Part shown: positions 38,872-47,655 of the stretch, piece by piece
Position numbering within the stretch: position 1 is the stretch's first letter
How the letters are laid out: each line of letters begins with the position of its first letter
From: Bacteroidia bacterium
GTDB lineage: Bacteria; Bacteroidota; Bacteroidia; Chitinophagales; Saprospiraceae
NCBI GenBank assembly: GCA_030429045.1
Contig: JAUIEA010000006.1
Coordinates: 3,879 to 67,878 of the forward strand
Direction of reading: 5' to 3'
Length of the DNA: 64,000 nt
Position numbers and translations under genes: made by a program
The notes under the pieces: model-generated
The model's database searches: none
Told to the model about the DNA's origin: nothing
Seen by the model: the letters and a program-made list of their open reading frames with translations, nothing else

Positions 38872-40665
38872 TCAGTGATTCAGCAGCGGCGTGGTGGGGA
38901 TGTCGACGGCAGGTAGCCGGTCATCCTGCTGGCACTCCCAAAAGATACGGGCAGTGCAGGTTTCACAGATGGCCGGATCCAGTTTCTGGTAGATCGCGGC
39001 AAGGGCCAGTTTCTTGGTGGTAAAGAAATGGTCGGCTCCGATCTGATCCTTGAGGCCGGATTTCCAAAGCACATCCTGAGCCACAATCTTCAAACCAGTG
39101 ATATACAGATCGCCGCCGAGAGACCTCAACTTCTCTGCCTCATGATGGAGCCATTCTGCTCCGGCCAGGTCAACGAAATTAATCCCATCGGCCAGCAGGA
39201 GGATTCGATTGAACCCGTCCACCTTCAAGTCGCTGAAAAACCCTTCTATATGATCGATCGCACCATAAAACAGGGAGCCATCAATTCTGACCACTTTAAG
39301 CTGGGGGCATTCCCGAATATCCTCCACTCGTTCCGTGTTGATAAAGTGATGGCGCACATCTTTCTGGCTAGGGGCCATGATGGCGATATGGGGCTTGGAC
39401 GTACGGCGCAAATAGAAGAAAAGCGAAAGAAATATACCGATATAGATGGCGAACTCCAATTCAAAAAACAATGTGGCCAGAAAGGTGGCGATCAGCACGG
39501 TCGCTTCACTCCCACTTGCACGAATGACTTTTTTTATTTCTTTGAAATTAATCAGGTTGTATGCGACCACAAGGATCACACCTCCCATTGCCGCAATAGG
39601 CAGATACGCACTGAGCGGGGCCACAAATAAAACGATCAGGACAAGAAAGAGAGATGCCAGTATCGCCGCCATCGGGGTCTTTGCACCAGCATCATAATTC
39701 ACACCTGAACGGGTGAATGAACCACTCCCCGGATAGCTCGAAAAAAAACTGCCGATCATATAGGCCAGCCCCTGTCCTATGAATTCCTGATTGCTATCCA
39801 ATCGTTGCTGGGATCGAATGGCAATAGAACGACCAATGGCAGTGGCTTCGATCAATCCCAACAATGCAATCGCGAATCCGCTACTGCCCAATTTCGTAAT
39901 GTTCGCAAAGGTGAGATCGGGAACTGCAAATGGCGGTAAATGTGAAGGCATCCTCCCGACCAGGGTGATCCCCTTTTCCGTTGCGCCCAGAAAATAGGTG
40001 GCTACACTTGCCAGGATCATACCACTCAGGAATGGAGGCACTTTGGGTAGCCATCGCTTGAGCACCAGCGCTACGGTAACGGCGATCATAGCAATGAGAA
40101 AAATCCACGGATTGATCTGAGAAAAGTGGCTGAAAATATAGGTAACCGTCTCGTGGAAGGCCAGTCCGTTCGGCATTTTCAGACCCAAAACATGTTTGAG
40201 CTGACTGATGCCAATCAGGATGGCTGCACCGGCTGTAAATCCGATGACCACACTGCTCGAAACAAAATTCACAAGCGTCCCGAACCGGGCAAGCCCCATC
40301 ATCAACCGAAACGAACCGGCGATAAACGCCAGCACAATAGCCAGTTGGATGTACTGCTCCGAACCGGGCTCGGCATACACTGAAAGTGTCGCAAATACGA
40401 TCAGGGAGATCGTGGTGGTCGGACCCGAGATCAAATGCCAGGATGAACCGAATAGTGCAGCAATGATCGGTGGGATCATCGCGGTATATAAACCATAAAT
40501 GGGCGGGAGTCCCGCGATCATGGCAAAGGCAACACCTTGAGGCAATACTATTATTGCACCCGTCAATGCCGCCAGCATATCGGCCTTTACTGTCTTTTTG
40601 GTGACCATGGGCCACCACTGTAAAAAAGGAAAGATCTTTGGCCAAATGCCATCTGAACCATTCAT
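38872..40665 (-). CDS. SulP-family anion (sulfate) permease with C-terminal STAS domain
   Basis: 597 aa. The N-terminus has about 10-12 TM segments with LTGAIIVLPQGVAFAMIAGLPP (SulP signature region). A soluble C-terminal ~130 aa domain follows (VVRIDGSLFYGAIDHIE, STAS-like). Confidence 0.85.
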   Translation of the reverse strand: MNGSDGIWPKIFPFLQWWPMVTKKTVKADMLAALTGAIIVLPQGVAFAMIAGLPPIYGLYTAMIPPIIAALFGSSWHLISGPTTTISLIVFATLSVYAEPGSEQYIQLAIVLAFIAGSFRLMMGLARFGTLVNFVSSSVVIGFTAGAAILIGISQLKHVLGLKMPNGLAFHETVTYIFSHFSQINPWIFLIAMIAVTVALVLKRWLPKVPPFLSGMILASVATYFLGATEKGITLVGRMPSHLPPFAVPDLTFANITKLGSSGFAIALLGLIEATAIGRSIAIRSQQRLDSNQEFIGQGLAYMIGSFFSSYPGSGSFTRSGVNYDAGAKTPMAAILASLFLVLIVLFVAPLSAYLPIAAMGGVILVVAYNLINFKEIKKVIRASGSEATVLIATFLATLFFELEFAIYIGIFLSLFFYLRRTSKPHIAIMAPSQKDVRHHFINTERVEDIRECPQLKVVRIDGSLFYGAIDHIEGFFSDLKVDGFNRILLLADGINFVDLAGAEWLHHEAEKLRSLGGDLYITGLKIVAQDVLWKSGLKDQIGADHFFTTKKLALAAIYQKLDPAICETCTARIFWECQQDDRLPAVDIPTTPLLNH

Positions 40666-40683
40666 GCAGGAAGCACCATTGTT

Positions 40684-43578
40684 TTATTGACCAACGCCAT
40701 CTTTGAGTGATCCGTTTTCATTCATATTATCCAGGTAATACGTCTCATCTACCGGACGCAGGGCCCGCTTGAACCACAAGGGGCGTCGCAGCCCGCCTGG
40801 TCCGGGCGCCGGACGCGTCATCTTGAGCCACTCCCTGTAGATCTCCATCGACTTGTTGGTATCCACAAAGATATCACCATAGGCATCATCCGGTCCGGCC
40901 TTTTCGATCCGCACCCGCTGATGCCAGCAGTGCATTCCTGAAATGGGGTCCGGATGAACCGGGAAGGTAATATTCTGATGGACACCCCCGTCGCTCCAGA
41001 AGATCCGACTGGAATCATTGTCCTTGCTGTCAAAGGGCTTGACACCTGAAAGGGTCGACATCTTCCATCCGCCTTTTCCATCGTTCTTGATGGCGACCGT
41101 ATTGGTTGCCCAGCGGTTGCCGGTTTTGTCTTCCGGGCGTCTCCACCGTCCCAGGTGATGGGAGCAGGCCACCACACCAGGCTTCATTCCCTCTGTCACC
41201 CACACCTTGTCGACAAAATAGCCGATATCGGTATTCATCTTCACCAGGTCTCCTGTCTTCAGACCAAAGACCTTTGCATCCTGGGGATGCATCCAGATCG
41301 GATTGCGGTTGGATATCTCGTACAGCCACTTGGCATTGCCGGAGCGGGAGTGGATCAGGGTTGGCAATCTGAAGGTGGGGACCAGTACATATTCACCCTT
41401 GCTCTTGTCCAGGGTCTCATTGTGGATATGACTCTTGATATAGGTCGGCAGGGCGTATTCGGGCCATCCCCAGTCGATCATGGTTTTGGAGAAAAACTCA
41501 TTTTTCCGGGATGGGGTCGGAAAGCCTTCTACGGCTTTCCCATCGACCATGATGCCGATGGCTTTTCCACCTTTTTTCACGACCTGGGTCTTGGGATCCA
41601 CTTCGGAACCCACCAGGGCCTCCGGTTTTACTTCATTGAGATTCTGGTGGTAACAATGCGGTTCGATCTCGAATGCACCGAACTTCTTCATGTAATCCAG
41701 GGGATTCAACCCTTCCTTTTCTGCCGCTTCCGGCAGGCCGGGAACACGCTCGAAGATATACTGGTAGTATTCATCGATCGTGACCTTTTCGCCGGGTCGG
41801 TAGGGTGACAGGAAGTGCTCCCGGATGCCCAGGCTGCCATCGGGGTCGATGCGCCAGCTCAGTTCGATCCAGAATTCATCTTCCTCCCAGACTTCGCCGG
41901 GATTGGCTTCATAGGTGAAGGTCACCGGCTTGCCATTCCGCCGGGCTGCCTCGCGCAGGACCGGCTGACGAAAGGCGATCCATTTACCGGAATGCGTCTC
42001 GTAACTGTTGATATCATGCCGCTCACTGGCCAGCCCCATGGGCAGGACATAGTCGGCAAAAAATGCGGTCTCACTCCAGGTCGGCGTCAGGGCTGCATGA
42101 AGTCCGAATTTGGATTCATCGCTGAATGCCTCGATCCAGGAGAACCCGTCCGGATAGGTCCAGACCGGGTTGAACACCCGACTGAAATAGACATCCATCT
42201 TTCCTCTGCCTTCCTTCAGGAAGTGCGGCAGGAGGAAGCTCATTTCGAAGAATGCCAGCGGGTATTCGTTGGGGAAGTGCAGCTCGTTCCAGAACTTTTG
42301 TGCTGGAGGCTTGGCAAAAAAGGTAGGTTTGAATTTGTTCCACTCACTGGGCATTGTTCCCCCTTTCGTGCCGACACTACCGGTCAGAACATTGAGGAAA
42401 TGCAGGGTCCGCGCAACGGCCCATCCACCCAGGTTACCTGACCCGGCACTGCGCCAGTTGTGGGTGGCAAATTGCTCACCTGCCTCACCGATCAACCGGG
42501 CTGTCTCCCGGATCATTTCAGGCCGGACTCCACTTTCTTCATACGCGTACTCGGGGGTGTATTCGGCATAGGTTTCCTTCAGTTTTTCGATATAATTCTC
42601 GAAGGTGACCGGTGTGCCCGGATGCATGTGCTCCAGATATTCGTTCCAGTTGACCCATTGCTCCATATAAGCCCGATTGTACAGGCCTTCGTCCAGGATG
42701 ATCTTGGCCATGGCCAGCAGGACGGCAGCTTCAGAACCGGGATAGGACGGCATCCAGTAGTCACTCATGCTGGCGGTGTTGGACAGGCGCGGATCCATGG
42801 TGATCAGCTTGGCTCCTTTCATCTTGGCTTCGATGATCCGCTGAGCGTGCGGATTGAAGTAGTGGCCGCTTTCCAGGTGGGCGGAGATCAACAGGATGAC
42901 CTTGGCGTTGGTATGATCCGGACTGGGGCGATCATATCCGTACCAGATGGCATATCCGAATCGGGCGCCGGAGGAACAGATATTGGTATGACTGTTATGG
43001 CCGTCAATGTTCCAGGATTGGAGTATGCGGTCCATATACCCTTCATGCCCCGGGCGGCCCACATGGTAGGCGATCTCATTGTTCCGACCTTCCTGCAATG
43101 CCTTGCGAATACGTCCGGAAATATCATCCAGGACCTCATCCCAGGTCACGCGTTCCCAGTCGCCTGAGCCTCTCTTCCCCTTTCGCTTGAGGGGGTAGAG
43201 GATCCGGTCCGGATCCGTGATCTGATTGATGGTTGCGGGGCCTTTTGCACAGTTTCGTCCCCGGCTGGCCGGGTGGTAGGGGTTGCCTTCGAATTTGCGC
43301 ACCTCGCCGGTTTCCTTGTCGATAAAAGCGGTCAGACCACAGGCACTCTCGCAGTTGAAGCAAGTCGTGGGCACGATCTGGTAATGCTTCTTTTCCCGGC
43401 GTGGATGAGCCTTTGCCTCATATTCCACCCAGTCATCCCACTGTTCCGGAGGCGGAAAATTGGTCAGTTCGGTGGTTTGGGTCAAGTGTGGCAGGTCCAG
43501 CTCCCTGTCCTGATGCAGGTCGGGAATCAGGCCGATCTTTTCGGCCATCCGTTCAATGAATCCAGGTTTCTTAGTCAT
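40684..43578 (-). CDS. Molybdopterin (Mo/W-bisPGD) oxidoreductase catalytic subunit, no Tat signal (SoeA/PsrA-like)
   Basis: 964 aa. The N-terminal FeS motif CFNCESACGL...(~33 aa)...CAKG has the C-x2-C-x3-C-xn-C pattern. The length is typical of the DMSO reductase superfamily. The N-terminus MTKKPGFIERMAEKIG lacks a twin-arginine motif. Substrate specificity cannot be read from the sequence. Confidence 0.8.
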   Translation of the reverse strand: MTKKPGFIERMAEKIGLIPDLHQDRELDLPHLTQTTELTNFPPPEQWDDWVEYEAKAHPRREKKHYQIVPTTCFNCESACGLTAFIDKETGEVRKFEGNPYHPASRGRNCAKGPATINQITDPDRILYPLKRKGKRGSGDWERVTWDEVLDDISGRIRKALQEGRNNEIAYHVGRPGHEGYMDRILQSWNIDGHNSHTNICSSGARFGYAIWYGYDRPSPDHTNAKVILLISAHLESGHYFNPHAQRIIEAKMKGAKLITMDPRLSNTASMSDYWMPSYPGSEAAVLLAMAKIILDEGLYNRAYMEQWVNWNEYLEHMHPGTPVTFENYIEKLKETYAEYTPEYAYEESGVRPEMIRETARLIGEAGEQFATHNWRSAGSGNLGGWAVARTLHFLNVLTGSVGTKGGTMPSEWNKFKPTFFAKPPAQKFWNELHFPNEYPLAFFEMSFLLPHFLKEGRGKMDVYFSRVFNPVWTYPDGFSWIEAFSDESKFGLHAALTPTWSETAFFADYVLPMGLASERHDINSYETHSGKWIAFRQPVLREAARRNGKPVTFTYEANPGEVWEEDEFWIELSWRIDPDGSLGIREHFLSPYRPGEKVTIDEYYQYIFERVPGLPEAAEKEGLNPLDYMKKFGAFEIEPHCYHQNLNEVKPEALVGSEVDPKTQVVKKGGKAIGIMVDGKAVEGFPTPSRKNEFFSKTMIDWGWPEYALPTYIKSHIHNETLDKSKGEYVLVPTFRLPTLIHSRSGNAKWLYEISNRNPIWMHPQDAKVFGLKTGDLVKMNTDIGYFVDKVWVTEGMKPGVVACSHHLGRWRRPEDKTGNRWATNTVAIKNDGKGGWKMSTLSGVKPFDSKDNDSSRIFWSDGGVHQNITFPVHPDPISGMHCWHQRVRIEKAGPDDAYGDIFVDTNKSMEIYREWLKMTRPAPGPGGLRRPLWFKRALRPVDETYYLDNMNENGSLKDGVGQ

Positions 43579-43592
43579 AGCCTGATGTTCGT

Positions 43593-45215
43593 TTAGCTGA
43601 GTGGAATGCGCTGTGGCGCCTCGACCCAGATGTGTTCTGTGATATAAATGCCGGCCAAAACCAGAAGGGCGGCAATGACAAATCCGATGGTGGAACCACC
43701 GCCAAAATAGAGCAGGCCGAGGGGCAGGAGGTTTCCTAGCAGAACAGTGCCGATCCAGAACCGTTTCTGATAGCTGCCTTTCACGATCATGGTTACCACC
43801 CGATGGGTGTCATGGGTGGGATGGGGTGTGGCCAGTTCAGAGATCAGGACCACGATGTTCAGCCCGATGGCGATCATGAGGAAGGTCATCAGGAATTGGG
43901 TCCAGCCCGCTTCTGCACCGGTCACCAAATTGACCAATGCAAATATGGCGGCCCCGGCCATGAAGGCATGTACCAGCATGTGAATGGGCAAGGTGGGGCT
44001 CTGCCAGAAGTCTCGTCCTTTTGCCTGGGCAAAGAGGAAGGCCGTATAGACGGCAACCAGTACGGCGAATCCCGCCATCAGCCATTGTACCCAGGCTACT
44101 GTTTGTCCAAGATAGAGGAGCACCAGGGAGAGCGCCATCAATCCGCCGAAGAAGGTGATGGCATAGCCACCACGAGGTAGCCAGGATTTCCATTGTGGAC
44201 GCAGGAGCACGTAGACAAATCGCTTGGGTTGGTCCAGGTCCATGACCAGCAGTGCACCGGTAGCGGCCAGGAAGAACATCCCCAGTCCAAGACTCCAGTA
44301 TTGACCTGCCAGATTGGGGCCGCTCACACCCAGCAGCCATGCGATAAAGGGTACCAGGATGGCTCCCGTCGCAATGGCTTTTGTCCAGACATACCCGGAG
44401 ACTTCCCATCCCCAGAGAATGCCTTTATCCGGTGCATCGTACACACGTCTCGGCTTTTTACCGATCAGGAGATCCACAGAGCGGGCATTTCCATTCTGGG
44501 CTACCTCCTCAGCGGTGGTTTCCTGTCCGTTCACTTCCATGAGTGCGGAAACCACATCCGGGTTGGAGAAGGCCATCTGTTCTGCTGCCTTGGCAAAGTG
44601 GCCCACCCCGCCTTCCTGGCGGCTCCACATATAGTCTTGTTGCTTGTCGGTCAGGGATGGATTGAGCGAGGCATCATCGGCATCAATGTAAAACAGGTTG
44701 GGCACTGTTCCCTTTTCCGGTTTTCGCACCTTCACCTGTTGCCGGCCGAGCAGCTGGGAGATCTCGGATTCCGGGTTGTCCATATCGCCGGAAATGATCG
44801 CGTGTTCCGGGCATACATTGACACAAGCCGGTTCCAGACCGATATCAACGCGGTGGGCGCAATAATTACATTTTGCTGCGGTATGGGTTTCCGGATCGAT
44901 ATAGAGTGCATCGTAAGGGCAAGCCTGCATACAGGACTTGCAGGCGATACAACGGTCCTTGTCGAAATCGACGATTCCATCATCGCGAATGTACAGGGCT
45001 TCAACCGGGCAGATCTCCACACAGGGAGCATCCGTGCAATGATTGCATCGCATCACCGAGAACAAGCGGCGAACATGGGGAAACTCCCCCTTCTCCACCT
45101 GCTTGACCCAGGTCCGGTTCACGCCGACTGGTACATCGTGTTCGGATTTGCAGGCGGTGGTGCAGGCATGACAACCGATACACTTCCGATTGTCAATGAT
45201 AAAACCGTATTTCAT
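43593..45215 (-). CDS. Fused 4Fe-4S dicluster (four-cluster) electron-transfer subunit and NrfD/PsrC-like membrane quinone-interacting subunit
   Basis: Starts at MKYGFIIDNRKCIGCHACTTAC; the ORF-track frame opens at 45353. Four Cys clusters are present (CIGCHACTTAC, CNHCTDAPCVEIC, CIACKSCMQAC, CNYCAHR...CVNVC). About 300 aa with some 8 hydrophobic helices follow. Confidence 0.8.
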   Translation of the reverse strand: MKYGFIIDNRKCIGCHACTTACKSEHDVPVGVNRTWVKQVEKGEFPHVRRLFSVMRCNHCTDAPCVEICPVEALYIRDDGIVDFDKDRCIACKSCMQACPYDALYIDPETHTAAKCNYCAHRVDIGLEPACVNVCPEHAIISGDMDNPESEISQLLGRQQVKVRKPEKGTVPNLFYIDADDASLNPSLTDKQQDYMWSRQEGGVGHFAKAAEQMAFSNPDVVSALMEVNGQETTAEEVAQNGNARSVDLLIGKKPRRVYDAPDKGILWGWEVSGYVWTKAIATGAILVPFIAWLLGVSGPNLAGQYWSLGLGMFFLAATGALLVMDLDQPKRFVYVLLRPQWKSWLPRGGYAITFFGGLMALSLVLLYLGQTVAWVQWLMAGFAVLVAVYTAFLFAQAKGRDFWQSPTLPIHMLVHAFMAGAAIFALVNLVTGAEAGWTQFLMTFLMIAIGLNIVVLISELATPHPTHDTHRVVTMIVKGSYQKRFWIGTVLLGNLLPLGLLYFGGGSTIGFVIAALLVLAGIYITEHIWVEAPQRIPLS

Positions 45216-45243
45216 AGTGCAAGTTTTCTCCAACCAAATGGAA

Positions 45244-45270
45244 TTCCGGCCCCGTCTGTCGGGGCCGGAA
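45244..45270 (-). other. Intercistronic stem-loop between PDO copy 2 and the FeS/NrfD gene
   Basis: TTCCGGCCCC-GTCTGTC-GGGGCCGGAA, a perfect 10-bp stem. No clear T tract follows on the minus strand, so it is more likely a processing/stability element or attenuator than a full terminator. Confidence 0.4.
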
Positions 45271-45324
45271 GATCCAATCTCTCTTATCAATGCGCCTCCG
45301 GACTTTTCCGGCGGCGACCCTATA

Positions 45325-46743
45325 TTACTTGACCAGGGTGCTCGGACAGACATAGTCTGTCAACGGCAAGCCAGCGGGTGCAAAGTCGTCAAAATTACCG
45401 ATCACATTGATCAATTTGTCAAATCCACGGGCCTTCAGGATAGAAGCCGCAACCGTTGACCGATAGCCGGTACGGCAGTGCAGGTAATATTCCTGATCCC
45501 GTGAAATCTCTTCCATTTGCAGGTTGAGGAAATCCAGGGGCAGGGACTTCGCCTTGTCCAGATGTTCTCCAGTGAACTCTCCGGGTTTGCGCACATCCAG
45601 CACCTTTTCTGCTTTTCCTGCCTTCCAACGCTCCACAAAAGTCGGGGTGTCGATAGCTACAATGGTATCCACTTCCTTGCCAGCAGCCTTCCATGCAGGA
45701 AAGCCCCCCTTCAGGTAGCCGATCGCATTATCATAGCCCACCCGAGCCAGGCGCATGACGGTCTCCTCCTCGCGACCTTCCGGAGCGACGATGAGGATCT
45801 CCTGCTGGATATCCGGGACCAGGGCCCCGACCCAGGGAGCGAATCCACCGTCAATTCCGATAAAGATGGAGTTGGGAATGAAGCCTTCCACAAACTCGGT
45901 GTTCTCCCGAACATCCATGATCAGCGCACCGGTATCATTGGCCATCTGTTCAAACTCGTCCGGTGTCAGCGGATGAGCGCCTCGCTCCATGACCACATCG
46001 ATGCTTTCGTAGCCTTTTTTATTCAGAGCGGCATTCTTGGCAAAATACTGTGGAGGAGCCAGCAATCCGCTGGTGACTTCATGGATAAATTCCTCCTTGG
46101 TTATATCTGCACGAAGGGCGTAGTTGGTTCGCTTCTGGTTGCCGAGCGTATCCCAGGTTTCCGAGCTCATATTCTTCCCACAGGCTGAACCCGCGCCGTG
46201 CGCCGGATAGACGATCACATTGTCCGGCAAGGGCATGACCTTGTTGCGCAGGGAGTCAAACAGCCAACCGGCCAGATCCTCCTGGGTCAGTCCCGTCGCC
46301 TTCTGGGCGAGATCCGGGCGGCCCACGTCCCCGATGAACAGGGTATCTCCACTGAACAGGGCATTGGGCTTCCCATCCTCATCACGGAGGAGGTAGCAGG
46401 TCGACTCCGGGGTGTGGCCCGGTGTATGTAACACTTCAATGGTCACACGTCCGATCTGAAATCGTTCTCCATCGGTGGCTTCATGCATGTCAAACTCGGT
46501 CTTGGCTGTCGGACCATAAACGATCGTCGCTCCTGACTTGCGGGCCAGATCGATATGACCGGAGACGAAGTCCGCATGAAAGTGTGTTTCAAAAATATAC
46601 TTGATGGTCGCGTTGTCCTGATGGGCCCGCTCGATATAGGGCCCCGTCTCCCGGAGGGGGTCAATGATGGCGGCTTCCCCATTGCTTTCAATGTAATAGG
46701 CGCCCTGGGCCAGGCAACCGGTATAGATTTGTTCGATCTTCAT
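45325..46743 (-). CDS. Persulfide dioxygenase (MBL fold) - tandem rhodanese fusion, copy 2 (first gene of the sulfur cluster)
   Basis: Starts at MKIEQIYTGCLAQGAYYIE; the ORF-track frame opens at 46797. ETHFHADFVSGH is present and the rhodanese loop is HCRTGYRS. By eye it is about two-thirds identical to copy 1. Confidence 0.85.
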   Translation of the reverse strand: MKIEQIYTGCLAQGAYYIESNGEAAIIDPLRETGPYIERAHQDNATIKYIFETHFHADFVSGHIDLARKSGATIVYGPTAKTEFDMHEATDGERFQIGRVTIEVLHTPGHTPESTCYLLRDEDGKPNALFSGDTLFIGDVGRPDLAQKATGLTQEDLAGWLFDSLRNKVMPLPDNVIVYPAHGAGSACGKNMSSETWDTLGNQKRTNYALRADITKEEFIHEVTSGLLAPPQYFAKNAALNKKGYESIDVVMERGAHPLTPDEFEQMANDTGALIMDVRENTEFVEGFIPNSIFIGIDGGFAPWVGALVPDIQQEILIVAPEGREEETVMRLARVGYDNAIGYLKGGFPAWKAAGKEVDTIVAIDTPTFVERWKAGKAEKVLDVRKPGEFTGEHLDKAKSLPLDFLNLQMEEISRDQEYYLHCRTGYRSTVAASILKARGFDKLINVIGNFDDFAPAGLPLTDYVCPSTLVK

Positions 46744-46794
46744 AAACAGTCGATTTCTTTCGTTGATAAATTGGTGATCCAATAGTTGACTGGT

Positions 46795-46839
46795 CAAAGT
46801 TATGGATCACAAACAGAGGCTTTTGTGACATTCGTCACC
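46795..46839 (-). promoter_or_regulatory. Promoter of the sulfur cluster: CRP-type palindrome (GGTGA-CGAATG-TCACA on the minus strand), then 21 nt, then a -7 box (TAACTTTG)
   Basis: The palindrome is at 46824-46839, the 21-nt spacer at 46803-46823 and a perfect TAnnTTTG at 46795-46802. The ATG is at 46743. Confidence 0.55.
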
Positions 46840-47084
46840 CAGCTCAGGCAGGGTATCAAGATACGACTCTCTCCGCTTTCAGGTCCACCACCACCAGGAC
46901 AACCATTGAATTCCCTTCTGCAATAGAGGAATGGCCGGACCATCGCTGAACAGTGCTCACGAGCCGGTTGACCGATTTTGGTCCGGACGAGAATCATTCA
47001 CACTCCATTGACACTTCTCTGTGCCGAATCCTGGTAGTATTGTCTCCTCATTCCTCTTTTACAACCGGTAAAACCTTTTGACCC

Positions 47085-47603
47085 ATGACCACTGAAGAAA
47101 AACCAACAGGATGGAAAACCTTCCTCCTTCGACACAGTCTTACCCTGCTGTTTGCCCTCATCGCCGGCGGGATCTTCCTTTGGGGATGGCTTTCGATGCG
47201 GTCGATGCAAGCGGATTTTGATCAACGGCAAACCGAATTGATCGACAGTTTCCATCGTGAGGTGGATACCCTCCACCTGGAGGGAATGGAGCGGACCGCA
47301 AAGGTCCTTTCCTGGGCCATTCGGAGTGAAGTAAGCCGCAACAACCAGGAGCAGGTCAATCAATTCTTCCTGCAGTTCATCCGAGATGCACGGGTGAGCA
47401 AAGCGCAGTATGTCGATGCGGAGACGGGAGAGATCCTCATCTCCACAGATAAGAAGGATGAAGGGACCTCCCTCCTCAATTCCCTGCTCCTCAGAGCCGA
47501 AAAGCAGACAGCACAGCAGGATTCCCTGCACTGGCGCATCGCCACCCCGGTGATGGGCCTGAACCAGAAGTGGGGCGTCCTGATCGTCGAATCACCGCGC
47601 TAG
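47085..47603 (+). CDS. Hypothetical single-pass membrane protein (possible small extracytoplasmic sensor-like domain)
   Basis: 172 aa with one TM segment (LTLLFALIAGGIFLWGWL) followed by a ~130-aa soluble domain. No family recognised. Confidence 0.5.
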   Translation: MTTEEKPTGWKTFLLRHSLTLLFALIAGGIFLWGWLSMRSMQADFDQRQTELIDSFHREVDTLHLEGMERTAKVLSWAIRSEVSRNNQEQVNQFFLQFIRDARVSKAQYVDAETGEILISTDKKDEGTSLLNSLLLRAEKQTAQQDSLHWRIATPVMGLNQKWGVLIVESPR

Positions 47604-47655
47604 ATCAGCCTCGTACATCTTCGGGCAAACCTGAGGAGTTGGTTATCTTCACCCG

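Noticed and set aside
40684-43578. Calling the molybdoenzyme a formate dehydrogenase or nitrate reductase because fdhD is in the window
   Set aside because: fdhD is 39 kb away on the other strand, and the immediate neighbours are all sulfur-related. The substrate still cannot be read from the sequence, so only a family-level call is made.
44193-45332. 379-aa plus-strand ORF antisense to the FeS/NrfD gene. Similar cases are 675-1481, 5937-6746, 30138-31055, 41155-42441, 42460-43167 and 51301-52056.
   Set aside because: Each overlaps a gene on the opposite strand that has clear family signatures. None has a motif, a signal peptide or a plausible promoter.
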